DNA of 64,000 bases from positions 139,388 to 203,387 of the forward strand of contig CP060229.1 in the NCBI GenBank assembly GCA_023898585.1. Direction: 5' to 3'. How positions within the stretch are numbered: the stretch's first letter is position 1; every line of letters begins with the position of its first letter. The notes below the pieces were generated by a model. The model was not told the DNA's origin. It was given only the letters and a program-made list of their open reading frames with translations, and searched no databases. Position numbers and translations under genes: made by a program. Shown here in pieces: positions 18,969-27,478 of the stretch. The stretch comes from Candidatus Nomurabacteria bacterium (GTDB lineage: Bacteria > Patescibacteriota > Minisyncoccia > Phycocordibacterales > UBA918).

Positions 18969-19349
18969 CTGCAAAGTAGCTCACTAAACCAGTTTATTGC
19001 TTACGCAATACCGTTCGCTACTTCTCCGCACCTCGCTCACTCGGGCGCCACCTTCAAGCGTTTGTGGTAATGTAACGTCCGCTCACACCTGCAACACCTC
19101 GCACGCTTTGCTCGCATAAGATGCTCGCGTGGGCTGCTCTGGTGTTGCGGGTGTTCGCTTAGTGGCTTCGATTTGAGTTCGTGGTGCCCACGTACATGCA
19201 TGTTTGACTATGTTTGCTCTTGGTCTGTTATCGCTGACGTCTGTATATTTTTACGAATACCTCGACCAAATCGAAACGTCTCTGTCGGAATAGGATTCTT
19301 CGGCTTTGCGTGGTACGCAAACAAAAATCATCACCGACGTTGTATTCGT

Positions 19350-20198
19350 TTAACCAGCTATGCGACACTGTGTGGCCACAGTACAATATCGCACTGATCT
19401 GAGAAAATTCATCCATCTCCATGAATGTTGCAGGCACATTGTATTCGCCTCCGATTGCTTTCTTGGGAATTGTAGGAACAGGTTTGTAAAACCACCCTGT
19501 AACTTTTCTTTGCCGGGAACTTTCACAAGTACGTCAGGCCCTTGCCCAAACACGGCTCGTTTGAAAAGCATATTCGGATCAGCAAAATGTTGTATCGCGC
19601 TACCGTTAATTGCGACGATTAAGCAGTCCTTGTCCTTGACACCGCTGTGCTCTGAGTCTTTCAGATATTGTTTGAACTTCTCATACTTTGTCCCTATCGC
19701 GTTGGTTATTCTGAGTGCGCGCGGACGATGCGTATCTTCAATATTTCCGCCAAAGGAATAGATGACACCTGACTCCATATGTGGATGTGGTTCTACGGGG
19801 TCTACTGTTCCCCAGATCACAAGTAATCGCTTCAATCCAAATATTTTTGCGCTCGGTAGTGTTATACAAAAATCTGGTCCATAATCCCAAGCCTTTTCTT
19901 TGAGTATAAAGCCCTTGTCGAGAAGCGTCGCTGCAAGATGAAATTCCCAAACACGAGCTTGATGCTCTTGTTCTAGCTTGAAGCGATCAAGAAAATCACT
20001 ATCAAGATATTTATGCACCTTGGGCCAGCGATCCTCATACCATTTTCGTAGATCTTCCCAGTACACGGCAGTCTGTACGTAGGTGTGCGAGTATTCAGCG
20101 TGCTGTTGAAATGCCGCATCAAGCTCTTCCTGGCTTGTGACCGGATCAGTCACAATATCTTTCGGAAACAAGGGCGATAGTTGTTTTAACTGTTTCAT
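19350..20198 (-). CDS. Hypothetical 282-aa protein (island cargo)
   Basis: A long ORF of intermediate GC. It contains a YGPDFCI segment, possibly a PD-(D/E)xK-like PD motif, but I cannot assign a family. Confidence 0.35.
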   Translation of the reverse strand: MKQLKQLSPLFPKDIVTDPVTSQEELDAAFQQHAEYSHTYVQTAVYWEDLRKWYEDRWPKVHKYLDSDFLDRFKLEQEHQARVWEFHLAATLLDKGFILKEKAWDYGPDFCITLPSAKIFGLKRLLVIWGTVDPVEPHPHMESGVIYSFGGNIEDTHRPRALRITNAIGTKYEKFKQYLKDSEHSGVKDKDCLIVAINGSAIQHFADPNMLFKRAVFGQGPDVLVKVPGKEKLQGGFTNLFLQFPRKQSEANTMCLQHSWRWMNFLRSVRYCTVATQCRIAG

Positions 20199-20620
20199 AT
20201 GCGCATTGTATCAATTTGTGTGACATTAGTCCTTATTTGAAGCCGTGTAGCAAAATCTTGGGCTTGACATATTGACAATATTGTGTATACTAGCATTAGT
20301 TTTCGGCATTTGTATGCCGAAATTTTTGAACCTTAACATAGAGGAGGAATTACGATTGAAAACGTAAGGCTAAAAGGCTTCGTTATTGGCTCTGACAGAG
20401 TCGGTGACGATACGGTTTGGAAGGTCCGAGTCAATGACAAGACCAATAAGCTTCATTGGAAAAAGTTTGAAGTTGCTTCCGTTCACGGAGGTATTCAGCT
20501 TGCCAAGGGGCTTGAGGTTGAGTTTTTGCTCGGCAACTTCCTGAAAGACGGACATCCTGTCCAAAGGCCGTGGATGTCGCGCTTCTGTGACTCCACACAA
20601 CAGACACAAAGAGGTAACTC

Positions 20621-22023
20621 ATGTTAAATATTCCCTTCTTGTCGGTCGGACTCATTCTGGTCGGCATCCTGCTCGTTTTGTCATCATTCTGGCGATCCTC
20701 TTCCGCAAGGTCGTGAGCACCAATATGGTGCATATCGTCCAGAGTAGCCATAAGACCACACCCTACGGCACCGGCAACAACAGTGGCAACGTCTATTACC
20801 GTTGGCCGAGCTGGATTCCGAGGTTTGGGGTCACTGTCATCGAACTTCCTGTGTCCAACTTCGATCGCAGCCTCAAGGGCTACGAAGCGTATGACAAGGA
20901 CCGGGTACCGTTCATGGTCGACGTTACGGCGTTCTTCCGGATTGCCGATACGGCGCGTGCTGCACAGCGTGTAGCGAGTATGGGAGACCTCGACGAGCAA
21001 TTGGACCTGATCGTCCAAGGCGCCGTCCGCAAGGTGCTCGCCTCTGACGTGATCGACAAGATCATGCTCGAGCGCGCACAGTTTGGCGACCTCTTCACTA
21101 ACGAGGTTACCGAACAACTCGCCGAGTGGGGTGTGGAACCAGTCAAGGCAATGGAGCTCATGGACATCCGTGACAGCCACGACAGCCACGTAATTTCCAA
21201 CATCATGGCGAAGAAGAAGTCTCACATCGAGATGGAAAGCCGGAAGGAAGTCGCGTCGAACAAACGTGAGGCCGAAATGGCGGAGATAACCGCGCAACGT
21301 GAAGTCGACATCCAACGCCAGCAGGCCGAACAGGCTGTCGGTGAACGGACGGCCGAGAAGGAAAAGGTCGTCGGCATCGCGCAGCAGCAGGCGTCGCAGG
21401 AGGTGAAGACCGAAGAAGCCAACACCAAAGCCAAGGAAATGGCAGTCGTCAAAGTCGGTCAGGTGCAACAAGCCGAGATCGATCGCGACGCGGCCATTGT
21501 CGCTGCTGACCAGCAGCGCGAGGTTGCTATCCGTGAAGCGGATGGTAAGCTCGAAGCTGCCAAGCGTGAAGCCGAGGGTGTGCGTGTGAACGGTGTCGCT
21601 AAAGGTGAGGCCGAACAGGCAATCCTCATGGCGCCGGTCAATGCCCAGATCGCTCTGGCGGAGAAGATCGCTTCGTTGCCCGAGTACCAGGAGTACCTGC
21701 GGGCGATCGAGGCGATCGGAGCCTACCGGACGGTCGGCAGCGAGCAGGCGAAAGCACTGCAGTCGGCCGACGTCAAGGTCATCTCCAACGCCGGTAAGCC
21801 TGGCGAAGGGATGACCAACGTCATGGACCTATTCACTTCCAAGGGTGGCACCACCTGGCCTCGGCGGTCGAAGCGTTCGCACAGAGCCCGCTCGGCAAGT
21901 CCATCATGGGCAAGCTGGCCAACTCGACTTCAGACAAGGTGGTGGACACTCCGGAGAAGCCGCAACCAACTGAAGAAGAGCAGACGCAGCTCGACGAAGA
22001 GAAGTAAGCCTTCTGTCCTCTAA
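20621..22023 (+). pseudogene. Flotillin/SPFH (band-7, YqiK-like) protein. High-GC foreign gene with a -1 frame break after the N-terminal TM helix.
   Basis: The ATG at 20621 gives MLNIPFLSVGLILVGILLVL (TM helix) and hits a stop after 31 codons. The body resumes in another frame at ...ILAILFRKVVSTNMVHIV... through the SPFH domain and a long EA-rich coiled coil (REAEMAEITAQREVDIQRQQAEQA...). The break falls at a T4 run near 20680. Confidence 0.7.
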
Positions 22024-22079
22024 CCTAAACCAAGTCCCCGAGTACTCGCAAGAGTGCTCAGGGCTTCTTTATATGAGCT

Positions 22080-22440
22080 AGCCAATTTTGCAGCACCTCG
22101 CGAACTCCCGAAACAAATCTCTTTTCTTTGCTTTTTCATTTTTCGCCCCCCATTTTTTCTTGTTAAAAGCGGAAAAGAAAAGAGTTTGTTTCGGTCGGCG
22201 AAACGGAGTGGAGCCGAGGGCGCAACTGAGCGGGTTATTAGTCAAACTCTTGCGGATTTTGTTCGTAGAGCGTTCGAACTTCGTTCAAAAGCACCGCACT
22301 TTAGGACAATCAACGGAAACAGAACCCGAGGGCCGCCGCCGCGCAAGCGGCGGCGCCGTGCCATGTGGCGGCAAAGCAAAGGGCGAACGGCGCGGCACAG
22401 AGAGCGTGCGCACGGAAATGGACGGGTTCGTCGTGCTTGT
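22080..22440. repeat. GC-rich repeat arm R2
   Basis: Reverse complement of R1. Its inner part (22300-22440) is also repeated, again inverted, at 24040-24180 inside the recombinase 3' end. Confidence 0.6.
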
Positions 22441-22602
22441 TGTGAATATTTAAGGTTCACAACCACGCACGCGTTTTGTTGCACAAAACAACCGATCTTT
22501 TGTCTGCTCTATTTGAGCGGCGTGAAGCGATTTTGAGTATTTGGATTGTCCGAAAATTTTGCTCTGTTTATTCTGTGTATGATAGAATGTGAGTGTACCC
22601 AA

Positions 22603-22679
22603 CCAAATCGAGAAGGTCTTTTTAATGGCCGTCTTTGGGCAATTCGAGGTCTTCTCGGGTTGGGTACACCAAGGACGGC
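22603..22679. promoter_or_regulatory. Imperfect inverted repeat immediately upstream of the serine recombinase gene. Candidate recombination (att/res-like) site or operator.
   Basis: GTGTACCCAACCAAATCGAGAAGGTC ... GAGGTCTTCTCGGGTTGGGTACAC flank a 26-bp AT-rich core. Confidence 0.3.
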
Positions 22680-22687
22680 TATTATAG

Positions 22688-24212
22688 TTTCCATATGAAA
22701 GATACTCCGCAAAATTTTATCTCTACGCTCGCAAGTCCACGGACGAAGCGCAGAGGCAAGTGCTAAGCATAGAGGCGCAGCTCCATGAATTGAGAGAGTT
22801 TGCACGAAAAGAGAATTTGCATATCGTCCGTGAGTTTGTTGAGAGCAAGACGGCGAAAGAACCAGGACGAGAAGTTTTCAATGAGATGCTTGCGAGCGTC
22901 GAGAACGGCGATGTTGAAGGTATCGTAGCGTGGCACGCGGATAGGTTGGCGCGCAATAGTGTAGATGGCGGCAAGATTATTTATCTGCTGGATGTTGGTA
23001 AGTTGAAGTACTTGAAGTTTCCAACCCTGTGGTTTGAAAATACACCGCAAGGTAAGTTCATGCTCAACATCGCCTTCGGCCAATCCAAATACTACGTTGA
23101 TAACCTTTCGGAGAACATCAGGAGGGTATTCGCCAGAAGCTCCGCAATGGCGTATGGCCAGGATATGCACCTATCGGATATTTGAATGACAAAACAAATC
23201 GCACTATTGTCCCCGATACAGACAAGGCAACCCTCATCCGCAAAGCATTTGAGCTTTATGCAACTGGCGAATACCCCTTATTGAAACTCCGAAAGGTTAT
23301 CAACGAATCTGGCTTGGTTGGGAAGCGGGATAAACTCCTTTCAATTTCAAACTATCAGTACCTACTCAAGAATCCAATCTACTACGGAGCTATCAGATAT
23401 GGTGGTGAACTCTATGACGGAGTCCATGAACCGATTATCACTAAGAAACTTTTGATGCGGTACAGAGCATCATGGGAAGCAAGTCGCGCACTACTCGCGC
23501 ACCCAAACTGAAGCCGTACAGTTACCGCGGCGTGTTCCGTTGTGGCGAGTGTGATTGCATGATAACCACCGAGACTCAGAAAGGACACAACTACCTTCGC
23601 TGCACCAAACGCCGCGGAGTATGTACCCAACCCTATGTGCGCGAGGAAGCAATAGCCGAGCAAGTACGAGAAGAAGTCCAAAAAGTTTCTTTGCCGTCCG
23701 CGTGGGTGGATGCGTGCGTGCAAATTTTAGAAAAAGAACGCACGCACCACCAACACGCGGAACGGTCGTCCGTTCAAAAACTCGAAAGTGAGATAACAAC
23801 GATCGAGAAGAAACTCGACGCTTTGCTTGATCTCCAACTTGATGGTTCCATTACACACACCGAGTACACAAACAAAAAGCAAGTGCTCCTAAATCGCAAG
23901 ACCGACCTCAAAGAGCAAATCGCCGTTTTTGAGCGAACGAGTGATAATCGGTTCGAACCTTTGACCCGCTTCCTTAAATCGCTCAACCAAGCCGGAAAAA
24001 TCACTTCACGAGGAAATCTCGAAGAAAATCGAGATTTCCTCAAAAAGATCGGTTCGAACCCGTCCATTTCCGCGCGCACGCTGTGCGTGCCGCGCCGTTC
24101 GCCCTTTGCTTTGGCCGCCACATGGCACGCCGCCGCTTGCGCGGCGGCGGCCTCGGGTTCTGTTTCCGTTGATTGTCCTAAAGTGCGGAGAGTATGGGAT
24201 TTGAACCCATGA
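22688..24212 (+). pseudogene. Large serine recombinase (resolvase catalytic domain, recombinase domain, zinc ribbon and coiled coil) with at least two homopolymer frameshifts and no canonical start codon
   Basis: Catalytic YLYARKSTDEAQRQVLSIEAQ (Ser nucleophile), then GIRQKLRNGVWPGYAPIGYLNDKTNRTIV in the -1 frame after a G3 run near 23125, then ...IITKKL/SIMGSKSRTTRAPKLKPYSYRGVFRCGECDCMITTE (zinc ribbon) after a T4 run near 23440. Confidence 0.75.
24040..24180. repeat. GC-rich repeat R3 (third, partial copy of the R2 inner segment, R1 orientation)
   Basis: The reverse complement of 24040-24180 matches 22300-22440 (ggacaatcaacggaaacagaacccgag...gcaaagggcgaacggcgcggcac...). Confidence 0.55.
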
Positions 24213-24272
24213 AGGGGGTTAGCCCTTACCTCGTTAGCAGTGAGGCGCTTTCGACCACTCAGCCAACTCTCC
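24186..24272 (-). tRNA. tRNA-Ser (anticodon GCU), class II with long variable arm
   Basis: Reverse-strand sequence is GGAGAGTTGGCTGAGTGGTCGAAAGCGCCTCACTGCTAACGAGGTAAGGGCTAACCCCCTTCATGGGTTCAAATCCCATACTCTCCG. Acceptor stem of 7 bp, T-loop TTCAAAT, anticodon loop CTGCTAA. Confidence 0.85.
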
Positions 24273-24356
24273 GTCTTTCTTCGAGTTGGCTTCGGGTCGA
24301 ACGAGTTCGTCCTCCTCCTTTCAGTCGGTTGAAAAGCAAATCAATTTTGCTTTTCA

Positions 24357-24374
24357 ACCACTCAGCCAACTCTC
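24357..24374 (-). repeat. 18-nt duplicate of the 5' end of tRNA-Ser (GAGAGTTGGCTGAGTGGT), followed on the same strand by a perfect 14-bp hairpin
   Basis: Direct repeat of 24255-24272. The adjacent hairpin is GGTTGAAAAGCAAA-ATTGA-TTTGCTTTTCAACC (24324-24356). Confidence 0.5.
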
Positions 24375-24590
24375 TAATTCAAATTCATTTACAACGCTCA
24401 GATTTTTGCGAGCGTTTGACTCTGTTTCCTCCTTCGCTACTGTGCCAGCTAGGATAACATAGTTTCTGTGAGGAAAAAAGATTTTGATATCATTTACCGA
24501 CACTCAAAAGTACAAGCTTTTTATTCTGCAACTATACCCTATTTCTGTTAGAGTAGTGAAGTTCAATATCGGTAATCAACCCGAATTGAA

Positions 24591-25409
24591 TCACCCGAGA
24601 GCAACATCGAGAGTCATCATCAAAGCAAAACCGATCATCGCTCCCATTGTAGCAAAATCAGCCATACCCGGTCCTCCACGTTGTGCTTCCGGTACAAGCT
24701 CTTCCACCACCACAAAGAGCATCGCTCCAGCGGCAAAAGAGAGAGCGTAAGGAAGAACGGGCGTAAACACAACCACCAGAAAGGCTCCGGCAACGGCCGA
24801 AATCGGTTCTACAGCACCGGAGAGTTGTCCATAAGTGAAAGCTTTGAGGCGAGAAAACCCTTCACGCCGGAGAGGAACCGAAACCGCTGCTCCTTCCGGA
24901 AAATTTTGAATCCCGATACCTATAGCCAATGCTATAGCGACAGCGATAGACGCTCCCTCGACCCCGGCCGCTGCAGCTCCAAAAGCCACACCAACAGCTA
25001 AGCCTTCCGGTATGTTATGTAAGGTAATGGCTGATATAAGTAAAATACTTCTGTGCCAAGAAGTTTTGGGACCTTCAGCATCAGATTCAGGGAAACCCAA
25101 ATGAAGATGTGGGATCATTTTATCCATCAACCACAAAGTCATGGCTCCGAGTAAAAAACCAATAAGAGGTGGTATCCAGCGAGGTAAATCTCCACCTTCG
25201 GAGAGCTCAATGGCTGGAGAAAGTAACGACCAGAAACTGGCTGCGATCATCACGCCGGCTGCAAAAGCCAACATGCCATTAAGAATTCTTTTGTTTATTT
25301 CTTTAAAGAAAATCACGGCTGAGGCACCAAGCGCTGTCACCCCCCAAGTAAAACACCCAGCCAGGAAAGCCTGGGTCACAGGACCCTGTGTAAGAAACCA
25401 TTCAGTCAT
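24591..25409 (-). CDS. zupT: ZIP-family zinc/metal transporter (ZupT-like)
   Basis: 272 aa, 8 TM helices, signature [16 protein letters not shown] and HNFPEG-like second motif [10 protein letters not shown]. Confidence 0.8.
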   Translation of the reverse strand: MTEWFLTQGPVTQAFLAGCFTWGVTALGASAVIFFKEINKRILNGMLAFAAGVMIAASFWSLLSPAIELSEGGDLPRWIPPLIGFLLGAMTLWLMDKMIPHLHLGFPESDAEGPKTSWHRSILLISAITLHNIPEGLAVGVAFGAAAAGVEGASIAVAIALAIGIGIQNFPEGAAVSVPLRREGFSRLKAFTYGQLSGAVEPISAVAGAFLVVVFTPVLPYALSFAAGAMLFVVVEELVPEAQRGGPGMADFATMGAMIGFALMMTLDVALG

Positions 25410-25545
25410 TTTTATTTTGATTTAATTACTAAGCGTGAGACCAAAGGAGAAAAAACTTCACAGGTCAAGGAGTTGCTCAACTTTCATATATTCAAACACA
25501 TGTTGGAGGACACAGCAACACCATGTGGGTTGATTATAGACTCCT

Positions 25546-26709
25546 TTATTTTTCAGATTTTATAGTGCTCGCGACCGCTTTAACCAAATTCGGGGTCATG
25601 ATCGGCGGAATAACATTATCTGCTGTGGGTTTTTTAATCAATCCGGCAATCTTGATAGCTGCTTCTAATTTCATGTCATCAGTAATTGCTCTTACTCCCC
25701 TATCTAGAGCACCCCTAAATACACCCGGAAAAGCCAGCGCGTTGTTGATTTGATTAGGAAAATCAGAACGACCGGTTGCTACCACCGTTGCTCCGGCGCG
25801 AATGGCATCTTTCGGCATAATCTCAGGAATCGGGTTGGCTAATGCAAATACTATCGGTTGATGCGACATATTTTCGATATGAGCTTGTGCAATTGTGCCA
25901 GGACCGGAAACCCCGATAATCACGTCAGCTCCATCAACCACTCGCATAACATCACCGGATAATTTATGTGGATTGGTTATCGCAGACAACTCCTGTTTGT
26001 ACCCACCAAGTCCGGGACGACCCTCGTAAATGGCACCTTTTGAATCAACCACGATAATTTCACTGATACCGGCCTTAATAAGCAAGAGTGTAATAGCGCG
26101 CCCGGCGGCTCCAGCGCCAACTACCACCACCCGCAAACCGGTAAACTTCTTTTCGACTACTTTGGTAGCGTTTATCAGCCCGGCCAGTACCACAATAGCA
26201 GTGCCGTGCTGATCGTCGTGCATGACTGGAATATCTAATTCCGCTTTAAGTCTCTCTTCAATTTCAAAACACTTCGGCGCAGAGATATCTTCCAAATTGA
26301 TTCCACCAAAACCAGGAGCGATGGCTTTCACGACTCTAATTATTTCTTCTGGTTCTTGTGTATCTAACACAATCGGTATCGCGTCTATGTCGGCCATTTC
26401 TTTAAAAATTGCAGCCTTACCTTCCATCACCGGCAAAGCCGCTATCGGACCGATGTTACCAAGACCAAGAACCGCCGAACCATCGCTCGCCACTGCCACC
26501 GTATTTCTTTTCATCGTATAGCTACGTGCTTCAGATGGTTTTTTGGCCAGATGCGAAGAAACAGCTCCTACTCCCGGAGTGTACATGATACTCCAATCAG
26601 TCTTGGTCTTAAGACTATGTTTGGCCGTTACTTCTATCTTCCCTTTGAGTTTTTTGTGAAGTTGCAGAGCTAGTTTGTTATAGTCTTTTTTAGCTGGCAT
26701 GGATGACAA
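25546..26709 (-). CDS. maeB: Malic enzyme (NAD(P)-dependent malate dehydrogenase, decarboxylating), short bacterial type
   Basis: 387 aa: TPGVG...VVSDGSAVLGLGNIG...GINLEDI...VVVGAGAAGRAI...FALANPIPE. Confidence 0.85.
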   Translation of the reverse strand: MSSMPAKKDYNKLALQLHKKLKGKIEVTAKHSLKTKTDWSIMYTPGVGAVSSHLAKKPSEARSYTMKRNTVAVASDGSAVLGLGNIGPIAALPVMEGKAAIFKEMADIDAIPIVLDTQEPEEIIRVVKAIAPGFGGINLEDISAPKCFEIEERLKAELDIPVMHDDQHGTAIVVLAGLINATKVVEKKFTGLRVVVVGAGAAGRAITLLLIKAGISEIIVVDSKGAIYEGRPGLGGYKQELSAITNPHKLSGDVMRVVDGADVIIGVSGPGTIAQAHIENMSHQPIVFALANPIPEIMPKDAIRAGATVVATGRSDFPNQINNALAFPGVFRGALDRGVRAITDDMKLEAAIKIAGLIKKPTADNVIPPIMTPNLVKAVASTIKSEK

Positions 26710-27114
26710 TTTTTATATTAAAATTATGAACACGACTGCACTAGTATACTCTACTGATTTTAAGGGGCAAATCTCCTTCAGAAGTTTGCCGACCAGAATC
26801 CAGACAATAAAAAACCCCGCTGTTAGCTGGCGGGGCCACGACACACGGCCGTGAAATGACTAAAATTAAATGATTGTGGACCACAAGATGATCCTCATCA
26901 TACCAGTAATCCCGTTAGCGTAGGTACTGGCCACCAACTTATACCATATAAAGATACATATTGTAAGTTGTTGCCGGCGGAACTGCTATTAAAAATTTAG
27001 AGGCTTTAAATAAAAAACCCATCACAAAGATGGGATTTACTGCGGGGCGCTTGCGCGCCCCGCTACAATGCCTAGTCACACACTACGTGACTGGCAACTC
27101 ATGCGGCCGGAAGG

Positions 27115-27291
27115 TTACTCGTTCTGCTGGTGCCAGGACATCGCGGTATCAGCAGCCGAAAGGCCCGTTGCGCCGGTGTTCATCACATGTGCCGGGTTCG
27201 CGCGGGTATCGTTGTCATGGCCCAAAGATCCGATATCGTTGTTGGCAGCCACGGAGGTGGACTCGGAATGGCGGTACTGTCGATTTTTCAT
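27115..27291 (-). CDS. Small hydrophilic hypothetical protein (58 aa, S/T/N/A/D-rich), GC-rich
   Basis: AGGAG RBS 7 nt upstream of the ATG, and a strong rho-independent terminator downstream (gcggggcgcgcaagcgccccgcag, then a T-run). There are antisense ORFs on the opposite strand, so coding status is uncertain. Confidence 0.3.
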   Translation of the reverse strand: MKNRQYRHSESTSVAANNDIGSLGHDNDTRANPAHVMNTGATGLSAADTAMSWHQQNE

Positions 27292-27478
27292 AGAGAGTTT
27301 CTCCTCTTGATTGTTGATTGATGTACTCTCAGTGATCACATGTCTTAAGAAGACAACACTGATTACTTCTCTTTGTATCATCTGCAAAAAAAATAGCAAC
27401 CACTTTGTCCACCAAACCTACATTGGAAGATTTTGTCAAAACCCCTAACCCTCAATTATCCTGATACAATGAATATCT

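Noticed and set aside
18580-18984. ORFs inside the GC-rich repeats (18580-18984, 18563-18775, 22054-22536, 22088-22453, 22242-22484)
   Set aside because: The same DNA is open in several frames on both strands. The repeat is present in both orientations, and there is no RBS or conserved motif.
20431-21471. 346-aa ORF on the minus strand (and smaller ones at 20880-21206, 21222-21452, 21459-21641, 21593-21814)
   Set aside because: Antisense or out-of-frame to the GC-rich flotillin gene. Such open frames are expected by chance in high-GC DNA. The peptides are Arg/Leu/His-rich nonsense.
23412-24121. Minus-strand ORFs 23412-23723, 23491-23799, 23774-24121
   Set aside because: Antisense to the serine recombinase gene.
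24281-24378. Second tRNA (possibly intron-containing) upstream of tRNA-Ser
   Set aside because: Only the first about 20 nt match a tRNA 5' end. No anticodon or T-arm can be formed, and the rest is a simple hairpin.
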